Source: Tubiluchus corallicola (lineage: Eukaryota > Animalia > Priapulida). From it: a DNA stretch of 64,000 nt. Under the pieces are notes generated by a model. That model did not search any database, had not been told where the DNA came from, and saw nothing but the letters and a program-made list of their open reading frames with translations. Position 1 is the first letter of the stretch, and the number at the start of each line of letters is the position of its first letter. Positions 25,337 through 38,470 of the stretch are shown here, piece by piece. The stretch is taken from NCBI GenBank assembly GCA_030141605.1, contig JAQGDQ010000029.1, forward strand, positions 744,001-808,000. Reading direction: 5' to 3'. Both the position numbers and the translations under genes were made by a program.

Positions 25337-25632
25337 TGGTTTTAATGTAAAAGTTTTTAATAAAGTTGTGTTGTTTTTAACTCAAATATATATATATATT
25401 GTCTCAAACGTAATCAATTGTTACATAATGATGTTACATAAATACTAATAATGTCACATATACGATTTCTTCTATTTGATGTAAATTTCCATATGTACAT
25501 AATGTGCTTGTACAGGCATATGTATGTATGTAGGCTTATATGTGGGCGCACATGTGTGACGTTGCTTGGGTTAGTTATAGAGGTCCTTGGGTATACTTAC
25601 GTACAATTTTCTGTCAGTCCGTAACAGATGCA

Positions 25633-25974
25633 AGTGTGGTGTGACGATTCGAACGATTTTTTAGAGTTCGAATTCGATTTGAAACTAAAACTATAGATTC
25701 GAATAACTCAGCACTTCAATCACGTAATGTTCTTTATCATTAAATCGATTGAAACATCATGCAGTTAGCATAATTTAGCTGTGATTTCTGTGCACAATTT
25801 TAAACAAATTACTAGTCGTTTTATTGCAGAACAAAATCGAGTAATATGCATGATCTTTATAAGACTAAGTTTTACTGGTGGTTCGAAATTTTTTTCGAAA
25901 ATCTTTCAGTCTCAATTCGAATTCGGTTCGAACTCGAAACACTGAAGTTCGGTTCGATTCGAATTCGCATACTG
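25633..25974. mobile_element. hAT-like MITE with TTCGAA subterminal arrays
   Basis: Clusters of (T)TCGAA/ATTCG at both ends; right terminus reads CAGTATGCGAATTCGAATC on the minus strand. Confidence 0.55.
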
Positions 25975-26269
25975 GTAGAGAATGCTCACCCCTACGATGA
26001 CATTTGAAACAGAAACGGTGATATCTATGTGTAAGCTATACTATATTATTAAAGAGTCAAGTATATTTAAGTGCCTGTATAGCATTTGCTGAAATTTGAA
26101 ACCAAACTTGCTCGAGCGAAAGGAAACGTGAAAAAGCAGGGATGTCGATGAAACGATAACACTGCATTCCTATGAAACCATAAATGCGTTATACCATTAC
26201 CTGAGAGTTTGTAAATATAAAAATATTATTAGAAACCAATATTTCTTTGAAAACGGGGTCGACGGGCCG

Positions 26270-26710
26270 TCCAGAAAAAAGCATTCCCTAAATAAATTCG
26301 TAGCGTTTCATCCTGGTAGAGGCGTTTCTAGAGGGCGTGTTTCCCCCCAAACACCGCTAGGGCATTTTTTGTACAGGGTGTTCAGGCAATGAGCAAAAGC
26401 AGCCATTTTCAAGAGTTTTCCTGTCGTTTTTAGAGGAACACCTTGTACAAAAAATGGCACTTATTCGGCCTTTAGAGGGAAATTTACAACTCTTTTTAAA
26501 GAGGAAAAACCAGGTTACACGAAGATGTGGGTCTTAGTCTACTGTCGGGAAATCGCATGTATATTTCCCGAAGATAAATTTAATTTTGTATGTTACCCTA
26601 AAATCGCCCCTAAATTCTCTAGCATTTTTTCTAATTAGTGAATTTTCCTTTAAACGCATTCTTATAATATAGCCTTGAATGTTAAACTTAGAGATGCCCT
26701 TAGAACAGGT
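26270..26710. mobile_element. Palindromic MITE-like remnant
   Basis: Near-perfect 22-bp inverted repeat (26362-26383 vs 26436-26457) plus an outer match, ttctagagggcg vs tgcccttagaa. Confidence 0.5.
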
Positions 26711-28553
26711 CTGTAGGTAGTTTCAGACCATACAAGTATGCATTGCATGAAGCCCACTATTTAGATTAATTTATGAAGGAAAAGTTTATATAAAGGCGCT
26801 CGACCTGAGAATCCAGGACGACTCCCTTAGCTTTCACTAGAGCAAGTCCCTCTGTATAGGCCTATAGTGGTAAATTATAATTAACAATTGGTGTACCTAA
26901 CTTAAATTTATATTATGGCTTTTAAGGTGATCATTGTGCTTTAGCGCATTGGTGCTACTTGTGATAATTATGCTATTCAAATAAATGGTAGTATGCAGGT
27001 AAACATTTAAAAAACTAACACTTTATATTTGTGAAGTTTGTAATAGGTGAATCATACTATTGTTCTCAAGTTGTAAGTGAATAGAAATGTTACTTGAATG
27101 AAACAATAACGTATTTTCTTGTGGCCACATTTTAATCAATTCTTGACTGTTTTTTGTTGGTTTGTGAACTTTTGAAATGGGAAGTGCGAATGACTAAATA
27201 AAATGATTAGACGTTCAAAGTAGCGAGAAACAAGCAATTAAAGAAATACATATCGAGGTTCATTTTAAAAATGGATAATCGCATAACTCTATCTTAACGG
27301 CAATCATAAAAATATTTCTTACAGTTTCAGTCCTGTTACAAATAGATTACCAGGTTAACGTACCATAGGTTTCTCCCATGAGTTTTATTAATATAAAAAT
27401 CGTACACAATTAAACAAACTGTCGATATCTACCAGGATAAAGGGCTATGAGTTACTCTGTTGAACATTTGAAACTGGACAACTGAACATCAGCCGGACAA
27501 CTTCCGAAATTAGGATTACGAATAATTAATTAATTGCCCACGGCTCTAAATTAAGTGCAAAAATTAATCTAATTGTTTAGGATTTACTTTAGCGTGAGTA
27601 ATTAAACTACGTAAATGGTGAATTGGTTGTCCAGCCATCATGACTACGTCGTGGGGTATGGTAGTCTAGCATTCATGACATCCGCACTGTAAGCAAAAGG
27701 TCTATGGTTCAAATTCAAGCTGTGTCCCGACTTTTTCTTACATTTTCTTTTCTTTCGAGCAAGGTTGATTAAATTTGAATATTCAATTACTGAATTACTG
27801 TGGGTTTGTTCCATCATTAATAATAATTTTGAAATTAAGATTGTACATTATTAATTGCCATAGTTTTACTTTCCGTTTTTGTTTTCAGTAATTTTTCTTC
27901 TCAGGCCCTACATTGTTTTTACAGATTAGAACACTGCGTTTAAATTGATTTTGAGTACCTGGGTACCTGGTATTGGCTACCTTTTTTCATAAAGGAAAAG
28001 CTGAGTTTTAGTTACTTTTTATATATTTTGATAAACAATAGACAGCCAAGTGCTTGTTAAGTGGCGATAGCCGAAGTTTTAAATACGTGTTTAAAGAGAC
28101 AGCATTATTTTTGTATAATTTTGAATCTGTTTAGTTTAGTTTTATAATAGGCATGCTAGTAGTTGACACAGCTGACACTATATGTATACTTTTGATTACT
28201 ATTACAATGGGTTTGTATATTGTCACCATGTTAGCAGTTTGCAGTGCACGGTTAGTTGAAACATGTCTTACTTCAAGAAAGAGATACTTCGGCGATGAGA
28301 AAAATTATTGATTTATTGGCCAAAGCACAATGGTAGCCATCAGAAGGAGAGCCAAGGAGTGTGTGTGTAGCTGTAAGCAACGTAACAGGAAGCCTGACAA
28401 CTAGTAATATACAAATGCAACACAAGCAACTTGTGCAAATATATAATTGTAAAAATACACAGGCTACCTATATAGTTTCTGACAAATTCACAAACAATGC
28501 GACTATTTTAACTTATTAATGTCTCTTATTAACGTATTAAGGCAGGATACACC

Positions 28554-28568
28554 CCCTCCCTCTCTCCC

Positions 28569-28650
<82 letters not shown>
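28554..28650. repeat. (CT)n microsatellite
   Basis: Direct reading. Confidence 0.95.
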
Positions 28651-28652
<2 letters not shown>

Positions 28653-30520
28653 AAATACAGTGAGAGGTGATAAAAGTCTTACACGCGTTACAGAATAACT
28701 ATTTAATAAAATGTGATATTGTAACAGTCCCTTGTGTCCGGCAGAGAAAACCATGCCTTTATGCGGTTCTAATGACTAACGTTGCGTGAGATTATCCATT
28801 ATTCAAATCAAGTGACGTGATTTTCTTATCGTCTAGAAAATAAATTGAAAATGTCAGGTGGAAATGCATTGCAAGATGTTGAAATTCAATGCAATGATGA
28901 TGACTTCACTCAAGCGGAAACGTCAGTTTAATGGAGCAAGCTGAGTTAGGTAAGCCAGAGCAAGCCGAAAAAAAGCAAGCGCTGACAATCTGGGGAAGCT
29001 TTTTGCATCACCATTACTTTTATATATTAAGTAACATATACTGGGGCTACAGATTTCTTGTCACTCAGCGAATTAGACGTCAAAGCAATGTTGCAAGCGG
29101 CCTGCCACAGTGCCACTCAACGCTGCAGATTGTTGTTATAATACACTGTAGCTATAAGACTCTAGTAATGTGTGTTAACAACCTTCACAGAATTTAATCA
29201 GCGGCGCGCAGGGCCCGCATTTTAGACCGTCTTTGTTTCCACCAGATTTTGTGAAAATCGGCGATGAAATCTTCAGATCTTGAAAAGTGCAAATGTATTT
29301 TAATAAAACATGTTAAAACATGTTTTTCGAATTATCGACCAAGTGATCACAGTTCATTATTGTTGATCTAGTTATTTAAACCCATGTAAGACATTGTGTA
29401 TGCAATGTTTCGACATATTAAAAGCAGTAAGCTGCAGTGTGGCAGCTTTCTACTTTGTTAGTGGACTTATCAAGACGGAATTAAATTTGTGGATTCGCGC
29501 TAACGCTGGTTTGAGAGTAATGACACAGTCTCGCATCTGAGGCTGTCATTTCGCACCGGTAACTTTGTTATGTTTGGTTATTTTTTAGTTACTGGCGCAT
29601 TCTGGCCATTATTTCCTTCATTCTACGTCTGTTCATAGAAACTCACAAATGGCATTTTTATAACAATAATGTGTACGAGGTTTTTACTTTTAATTGCCTT
29701 TGTAAGACGTTGAACCATGTCTACGACCTTACGATAATAAGTCACATATTTGATGGCACAACTTATGACGTCATATCTCAACTCCTATTCATCAAATCAA
29801 CATTCTCCAGTGCTAACAAATCATTAATGCTGCTCATCGACCAGTACTAAATAATGCGCTGTTAGAATTTGACAAGATTGCCAACTATCCGACGCGTAAG
29901 AACTTCACTGCAGTGACAAAATCCTATGAACGATAAGAACTCGATATAGACAAATGTTGACAAGTATCTCTCTTGATACGATACGAATATCTGAAACTGC
30001 AATAGTGACCTTGTACGAACCTCAAACTCACAATTAAATACTACAATTTAGTGGACTATAGATATGGGGGTATAAAGAAGGCAGAGCTCTTCTAAGTTTC
30101 AATATAATTATATAGGATCTCACGTCCAGGCTATACGCAACCGTGAATGTCATGAAATTAGACTTTTTCTTATTGTCGTGTAGCCTTTTTTGACAACAAT
30201 TGTAGGAAGCATACGTCCCGGGCGAAACTGCCAACCTAGGCTGCCTATACAGGATATCTACACAAAACATCAAAGTTCAAGGAAATCAAGCTTTAGAGCA
30301 AATAAAGTACAATAATTTTCTGCTTTCATATTCAACAGACCTTCATCTCAGGAGGGCAAACGAATCTCCACACACTGCTACATTATAAGAATCAAACAAA
30401 TCCACCTACATCTGAAGAATCTGGCATGGTGCACAGACTATTTTTAAACACACTCATAGACCTCTTAAACATTGGAATCTCGAAAATTTATTGAAATCTA
30501 CAAGCAGACAAAACGATTTT

Positions 30521-30790
30521 GTCTAGTAACGTGTCCGCTTTTCGCCTGATAGGTCGTGAGTTCGATACAGTGGCCGGGTGTAATACTAAAGACTTTTTAA
30601 AAATGGTACCTGTTGTTGTTCTGCCTGGCACGTGGCATTTAAGGTAAAAGTGGGATAATAATAGTTTCTGTTATGTAGCTGTAGTATGTTATTTTCAGTC
30701 GACGCAAAAGCTCGTTGAAGCTTATGTTAATTGTTGATCTCAAAAAGCCGAGTTTAGATAAAGATTATTATTATTATTATATTATTATTA
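30521..30790 (+). mobile_element. tRNA-derived SINE with a Meta-type central domain and (TTA)n tail
   Basis: B-box GAGTTCGATAC at 30558-30568; central tactaaagactttttaaaaatggtacctgttgttgttctgcctggcacgtggcatttaagg resembles the recalled Meta-SINE core; tail gataaagattattatt. Confidence 0.75.
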
Positions 30791-30799
30791 ATGGCACTT

Positions 30800-31110
30800 C
30801 CTGACTTGTGTCAACTGTTATACAGTCAGGAACTTTGTGCTTTATAATTTCTTCCTTTATAAATTAATTCGCCAATTCAAGGTTTCTTTCAAACAGTTGA
30901 GACGTTCTAGCCGGGTGTTGTCGAATGTGATATTGTGGTACATATCACACAGACTAGTATAATCAGCATTGATAGCAAGCTTAGAGAGTACAGAGTCTGT
31001 TACGTCGTCGATGAACAGCTGAAACAATATAGGAGCTATTAGCTTATAGACCCTTGTACCTTGAAGAACTGCAAATAATGACTGCCATATCTACTAATCT
31101 TCCTCGATAG
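30800..31110 (-). mobile_element. Decayed LINE reverse-transcriptase fragment
   Basis: Minus-strand translation AVLQG...IAPILFQLFIDDVTDSV...NADYTS resembles RT motifs GVPQGS.LGP.LF..FIDD...YADD. Confidence 0.55.
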
Positions 31111-31129
31111 TTGCACTGCTGTGTAAAAT

Positions 31130-31760
31130 AATACGTAATAATTATATGTGATATGTAAGGTTCTAAGTAGTAGTGCCAGTGAAATTCTTAGAAGCCATAT
31201 TACAGAAAAAATGTGCAGAGTAGAAGCATCAACCTCACAGGACCGGAAGCATCTATGAGCAACGTACGAGACTTCTGGAAAGCAACTAAAAATATTAATA
31301 TTCGCGGTGAACGTGTCGCAGAGTTACATCACAGCGTGTTTCAGTATCGCCAAAATTATGTAAAAGCCTAATTTTAATATGAAATGGAGTAATAAACTAA
31401 AAACTAATGCTCAACTATATTGGAAAACTATGACCAATTTGTCGCACAGATATTTAGATCAGACTCTTAGTTTAAAAACTGGAAAATCCGAAAGAAGAGT
31501 AAAAGTATCTGCAGTGAGGTTATTGACTGGACAGGGAAAGTTTAGTGAGCTGATGAGTCGTATTGGATTTGCTAGAGACGAGCTTTGTGATTGCGGTATG
31601 GAAGCCCAGAATCCAGAACATTTGATATACAGATGTCCTGGAGTTGACGCAAACAGGCGTCAAATGTATTACTAAATGAACTAGGAAATTACAACTTAAA
31701 TCTTGTGTATTGCACCAAAAATTCAAATTTAATAGCAGGGCTAATTTACTTTGTAAAGGA
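31130..31760 (+). mobile_element. R1/LOA/I-group LINE C-terminal fragment with CCHC knuckle
   Basis: RLLTGQGKFSELMSRIGFARDELCDCGMEAQNPEHLIYRCP matches the LTGHG...CxCG...H...CP C-terminal motif. Confidence 0.7.
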
Positions 31761-32789
31761 CACTTTAATTTTAAGATCTTGCTGCTAAATACGAGTAAAA
31801 TGGGGCTTAAAATTGTGTAGTTTTTAAGATCATTGGTTGTAATTCTTTGTGGACTTGAATATTGAATTGGGGATTTTATAATTTAAAATATTAATTTAAC
31901 TGAGTTTAATCTAACAAAAGGAAACTTGCTTCATTAACAACTTTGATTTTAGCACTTACGTTAACACTCATTGTTTAACATCACTGTAAATAATCTTATA
32001 TTCACCAAGCTAATTACAGAGTGCCGAACATGTAATATTGTAAAATTCACTCTCTCTATTTAAAATTGTATAACGTTTGTACAGCAATTTTTTTCCTGCA
32101 AAAATAGGCTAATAAAGACTTATCATCATCATCGTCATCATCATCATCAAATATTTTTGTCTTCCTCAAGCCAGATGCATACGAGTGCCTCGCCGTATCG
32201 TAATACGAATCGCACGTTTTCCAGATCAGCCACCGCTTGTTATCATATAGCTGCATTAGTCCAGGAAATATTAATACTTAGCTAATACTTATTTAGTGTA
32301 ATAGCATTATCGTAATACTCCATTACTAATACGCACAGTAAAAGAAATACATAAAATCTACTTAGTGCAAAAAACAAATACGCCTTTCACTTCCACAGAA
32401 AATAAATTAAATAACTCTTATGCGTTTCTCTCTTTTTTTGTGTTTTTTCTTTTTCTTGCTTAATTCCGAGATTTTTCGTTAATTAACCTTCACCGGTGCA
32501 TTAGTAATGATGCGTCAGAAAATGCAGCACACAGTCTTCCTAGTAAATTAGTAAATGAACTGTCACGGATTGTAAGAGTAATGGGATTAAACACAAAACA
32601 CAGAGTTTAATTAACACAACACATGCAGTTTTCTTTGAAAAACGAATAGTTCTTAGCTGGAATACAGCAAAAGTGGAGCGTCTAAGAGACCTAGCTTCAT
32701 TTACTTTAGCTCGCTCGCACATAATGAAATTATTCAACGTGATCCAAACTACCCTGATCCCTTGGTAGTGTGAGTCAAGTGTTCGCGTC

Positions 32790-33936
32790 TGTAGATCAAA
32801 AGACCACCGGACAAAGGACCACTTTAAAAGCGGTTAAAAGACCACAAGTTAAACGGGTGGACAAACAACCACCAGTGAATTTGCTGACAGCAGCTTTAGC
32901 AAAATTTCAACTTTGACTTACCACTAATATTTTATTTAATAAAGCGTGATTGATAATTTTTGGTGACAATATATATTAATGAATGATAAATGTCTTATAC
33001 TTATTCTATGTTATTTTTATTTCAAATTTGTTTAAAAGTACTTACACATAGCTTCGTAAGAAAAGTTAAAATTATCAATTGTATGCAGGACATATTGTAG
33101 ATAAAAGACTAACATATACTCAAGACTAGCAGATAAAATGTAATTAGACGCTTTAAAAAAGCATTAAGGAAAAATCACTTTTATTAAGTAGACTTGAGGA
33201 TAAAGTTTTTGGGAGAGCTTTTAATTTAAAATCACGTTTTGTAACAGAGGGTGTCGCCTAATTATCCTCTCCTAATTAACATCCTGGTCCTTTGGCCGTC
33301 CCCCACTGCCACAGTGTACGTTTTATTATTATAGAATACATGGTTTCAGTGGACGCGATTTCTTTGTTGTTGCGCTAACACCTTGGCTGCAGAGGACCGG
33401 TGTGCTTTCTGTCTAATGTTAATTAGTGAAGCAAGGCCAGTTAATTAAAGATAAGATTTGGTTCTCACGGATCACGTCATTCTCATTTCAGACAAATGAT
33501 TACTTGTGTATTGAAGTGTTTTGTTGAAAATAAATATATACATATAAAATGAAGTCAATTGTTACGAGCTACACATTAAAATACTCTTTCCAAACTGTTT
33601 CGTTAAACCTAATAATGTTAAACCTAACATTTTTAGACACCTTAAAAGTTTTTGAAGATTAAAAATTTTACTTTTTAAAATGTTTCAATTTTTAAGTTTT
33701 TTATCAATAGCACCATCGAATTATCCGATGCATAAAAACTATTTTTGGCCACACGAATAGAAAGATACTGAAAAATACATAATGCGGAATTTTATAGTTT
33801 CCACAAATTACTAATATAAATAATCTCCATCCACACGAAGCACAATGTGTTCCACACGATTTTCCGTTAACATTTGTCTGGTGGTCCTTTGTCTTTTCAG
33901 GTGAATCTTTGTCCGGTGGTCCTTTAGCCGTCCCCC
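32790..33936. mobile_element. MULE-like MITE with GGACCACC/AAAGACCAC subterminal repeats
   Basis: Left aaaagaccaccggacaaaggaccac is inverted relative to right ctttgtccggtggtcctttagccgtccccc; a second copy of the right end lies at 33285-33350. Confidence 0.6.
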
Positions 33937-34559
33937 ACTGCTACAGTGTGTTTTTTATTGTAGAATATATGGTTTCAATGACTGTTGGCATCATGATTGT
34001 ACAACAAAAATGTGCATGAATATTACGTTTATGCATGTGTACATATGGATATGTAGATAAAATACGTGTATCGTTATTAAGTATTCACGAACTTATTAAC
34101 TACACGAAATGCCCATTTATTATAATTGTATTGTATGCGAATTTTCTATTTACATTACGTCCATGTGGATACAGTGTGGTTTCTGCGTGTGATTAACTAA
34201 CGCTGAGTGTTAAGTAACTATGTTACCGAAATTACAAGTAAACGTTTATTTTCTACAGTACAGAGATATAATTGTAAGTTCTAGTATGTACTGAAATAAA
34301 GCCATTTACTAGTACCTGTTCAGTGACTCTACATAACGAAATCGTCTTCACCGACTATGAACTTCTTTTCACAGTAATTACATAGCGCTAAATAATCTGT
34401 GCCCTAAATAATAGGCCCAAACCTGTTCCACTAGTTCATAGATATAAAAGTTATTTCTGGAAGACAATCCTACGAAATAGGTATCATGTGTGCGGATTCA
34501 TGTGCCTATTTTCTCGGTTGTACGCACATTTAGTTATGTTAAAAAATTAATGTGTTTAT

Positions 34560-37500
34560 TAAAGTAAAAGTCAATTTTATTAACAGCAATGATCTAAAAT
34601 CGTAATAACCCAGATCGTGAAACGTGTAATCATTTCACTTTCTCATACTGTAATAATTATGTCATGACGTTTTAATCTGTGCTCTTGCTATATTTTATTT
34701 ACAGTGGAAACCCAAAAACAAAAAAAAACTTGCAATGAACAGTAATCAAATTTAATTTTTCTAAATGCGAATAGGACTTTCAGAGGCTTTCCCTTAGATC
34801 AACAGAATACAATTACCAGAAAGTTGCTGACACTGAGGCTGATCACTGAATGGTTTGACACACAAGTCACTCTGCGGCTTCATTTGTCATTAATGATTCT
34901 GGCTATTTATTTCAATGAGGGAAGGATGGAGGACGTACAGTAAAATTATAGTATATATTATAGAACTGAAGTTTATTAATAAAGGAAGAAAAGATGATGA
35001 AGTCATAAGTTTCCGAGTCAACTTACTATGTATCTTTAAATAAAAGCTGGTTCTAAAAATCCCTTTCTTTCATCATGCCTGGCTTCACAGTTCACTCAAG
35101 GCTACAGAGAAAGCAGTATTCTCTGCAGTACGTTCAGTTAGTGTGCGTTTAGATTGCACGACAGTCACTTATGACACTCAAGCATCCTCTTGAAATGTGC
35201 GACATTAGCACCTAGATAGCTAGGCTGCCTATACATGAAAGTAACAGGTTGATAAAAGCTAGCTTCTTGAAGTGACAGTGGTCCCCAAAGCCCTTAATAT
35301 TTATAAGTATCATCATTAAGTATTTATAGTTAAGTATCATGATTAAGAAAACCATCGAAATTACAAACTATTAAAATTCTAAGCAGTCATCGTTAAAATA
35401 ACAATGCAATTTCCGTTTTATTTGTATATTAAATTTCTTCAAAGACAACAATAACAAGAATATCATAATAAAGTGCTATAACAATTACTCTTAAATCACA
35501 ACATGCAGAACAGAAAAATGTGCAGTGAGGAAAAGCATCCATAGCACAGACAGATCAGCACTACACTATTACAATTAAATGGTCTCACTGTATTAACCTT
35601 CATTCCTCAAGAAAATTATTATATTTAATCCATGACTAATTCCCAAAGACTGCAAAGCACAAACATCTAACATTCCTCTTCTTAAAATTATTAATTAATG
35701 TTATTGTTCACCGAGCTTTAATTGGAACATAAACACCTTTTGTCCAGCTATATAATGTATCTAAAGCACAATTTGCTATTGAAAGTGAACTTTCTATTCA
35801 TTTTGAGAAAGATCTAATTTTAATGTACAGCAGGTAAAGAATGTAGGTAAAAATTAAAAAGCACAATTACTTTGAATCTCACCATAATTCAGAACTTCAC
35901 AGGAGCATGATCATAATGCAAAAATTAATCTACTGCTCAAATTTTTTTTAGTTCATGGAATTAAACTCAGTGTACGTAAAACAGACTTCGGATATGTATT
36001 ATTATTATTTTTAAAGGAACCTGTATGGGATTATGACTGCATAATCAAATGAAACAAATAGAACTTAAACAATTATTACTTTTGTAATAATTATATAATA
36101 ATATAGCTAAAGCGAAGTCACGGAGTAAAATTTTATTAGATGTGAACAACTTCGTCACTGCAGAGGAAGTTCAGTTAGCACAGAAACATGTGAATTTAGC
36201 TTTTACAAACTAAAAAAGAAGTAAAACATGTACAGGGCAGGTAATCTTGAGAACAGAATAAGTCAAAAATAAAGATTCATTTCACTAGAGCAAACATGAG
36301 TTTTATTTTAGATGTACCCTTAAAGAAAAATCCTAGAAGTAAAAAACAAGAAAGAAATTCCCTTGTTTAACTGTGGAATTTTTCATTAACTGATACTATT
36401 CTTGTCACTCAGAATTAAATTTTTGTTCTTTTGTATTAAACAGTGATCAAATTCTCAGTCTTAATTCAAACAATGCATATTATATTGAAAATATACTAAT
36501 TTTCCTAATATTAAATATTTAAACATGATATTTAGTCTGTTCACAGCACAAGTGTAGACAATGTGGACAAGGCTGGCAAGCACAAATAAAAATATAAAAA
36601 TTAATCTCCATAATTTTAATGACAGGTTCCAGTTTTGCAAAATTTAAAAAACTGTTGTCAAACAAACATAGATGCTACCATATCAGAAAAATGTCCACCT
36701 TCCTCTTCCCGTCTTTCTGTTTTTGGGATTTTTTCTGGTTTTCTTTACCCCTGTGCTATTTTTGAGCATCATTACTGTGTAATTTTCAGTTTACTACAAA
36801 GTATACAAGAACAGTTTGTGTGCTCTCACTATGAAGTCAATAATTACATGCAGTAATTATTGCTCTTAATGTAGACTTTAGACATGCAGAAATGTACATA
36901 TATTACCGTGAATTACTTTTAAATAAGGTGATTAATAAATTATATGTAAAAAACTAAGCGTTAAAACAAAAACTGTAAAACTGTGCAACCATTAATTATG
37001 GATCCTGACAGATGGGCTAACATACACAGGTGACAAGATTTCATATAGACTTGCCGGTAAACACAAAAACTACCTCAGCAAAAAGTGTGTTACTTGTTAC
37101 AATATTTTACTTTCATTAGTCTGTTCATCATTGTGCAGCTTTTGTCAAATTTGACATGTTGCACATAGGTAGGTCGGTAAATGAATGAAAATTCATGACA
37201 GCCTTACCATCAAAAAATTTTACTGACTACTAGCAAAACACAAACAACTCTACACACATTCCAAAAGTACTAAACTAACCTAGCTACTACCCAGAAAGAC
37301 ATGAGTCGAGTTCGCTAACTGTATGCAACCTTTTATGTGGTAAAATTAGAAACCGCCTTCAGGGATACTAAAATGTCTTCATTTGCCATCCTGTTATATG
37401 ATAAACTGCTGCAGTAACAAGGTCCTCATCAAAACTCACTGAGGCAGATATTCGTCAATCTCAGTATATTTTCACTGGCATCATAGCAGGCATAATGTAT

Positions 37501-37631
37501 GTGGCAATTAATCTGATAGCTACAGCTTTGAGATGACAATGTTTAATCACCCGTCTCATGACGGAGTAAATAATGGTCTTCTGCTAGCTTTAACTTGCCC
37601 ATACATCTTGCAGTTCTTCAGCAAAGGTGAC
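34560..37631 (-). other. Candidate terminal non-coding (3' UTR) exon of CRAT
   Basis: Strong acceptor ctttctctttctgttttag|GTCACC at 37632; minus-strand AATAAA cluster at 34555-34699; a GT donor 14 nt after the CRAT stop requires a downstream acceptor. The link to CRAT is inferred. Confidence 0.4.
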
Positions 37632-37841
37632 CTAAAACAGAAAGAGAAAGCAGCTTGTTGAATAATTCTTTTCAAAGTGGATATTACATACATGAGTAAC
37701 TAAATTGATTTCATTTCAATGACATTATAAATGAAGCTATAAATAAATATATCAAAAAATGCATTTTTCGGAGAATGACATATACACCTATAAAAATTGG
37801 CTTCCAACCAAAATCTGATCTTTGAATTGACTCCATGAATG

Positions 37842-37964
<123 letters not shown>

Positions 37965-38336
37965 CATTTTCTAAGGTAATTTTTCTTTGAATGTTTTTTA
38001 TTAACGGAAATAATTGCAGTTAACTAGACATTAATAATTAACTATTAATCAACTAATGTGTTTAAAATGACGACTGGGAGCTTTACGGAAATATCCGAAA
38101 GCCAGTTAAATACAATTACAGAGTCTCAGATTCACTGAGGTTATCTATCTTGGTGGTGAAGCAGTGGCCGAATTAACACATCAAGATAATGGGTTCAAAC
38201 CCTGTTTACGGCATACTTTTTCTGATTTTTTCCATGGTTCTATTTCAGGAATTTTTTACTACAAGAAATTTAGTAAAAAGATTACTGCAACACAATTTCC
38301 TACACCCACAGGGAGTTATTAGCATATGTACACAAG

Positions 38337-38470
38337 CATACACTCTGGTGTAAATGTACATGAATATACACTCTGGTGTAAATAACACAAACATACACAA
38401 TGTTGTAAATGTATACAAATATACACCCCAGTATAAATACATACAAATGCAACAGTGTAAATGTATATGT
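38337..38470. repeat. Degenerate ~27-bp minisatellite (atacactctggtgtaaat...)
   Basis: 4-5 diverged units. Confidence 0.65.

Noticed and set aside
27655-27735. tRNA-like segment with GGTTCAAAT B-box (similar one at 38152-38215)
   Set aside because: Cannot fold a cloverleaf; likely decayed SINE heads or internal parts of repeats.
29700-30510. Possible Penelope/GIY-YIG coding remnant
   Set aside because: Too decayed to recover any diagnostic motif by eye.
37330-37631. Cys-UGA (possible selenocysteine) in the alternative CRAT tail G-H-L-C-UGA
   Set aside because: No SECIS geometry found downstream; the AUGA...GA candidates lack correct stem length or the apical AA.
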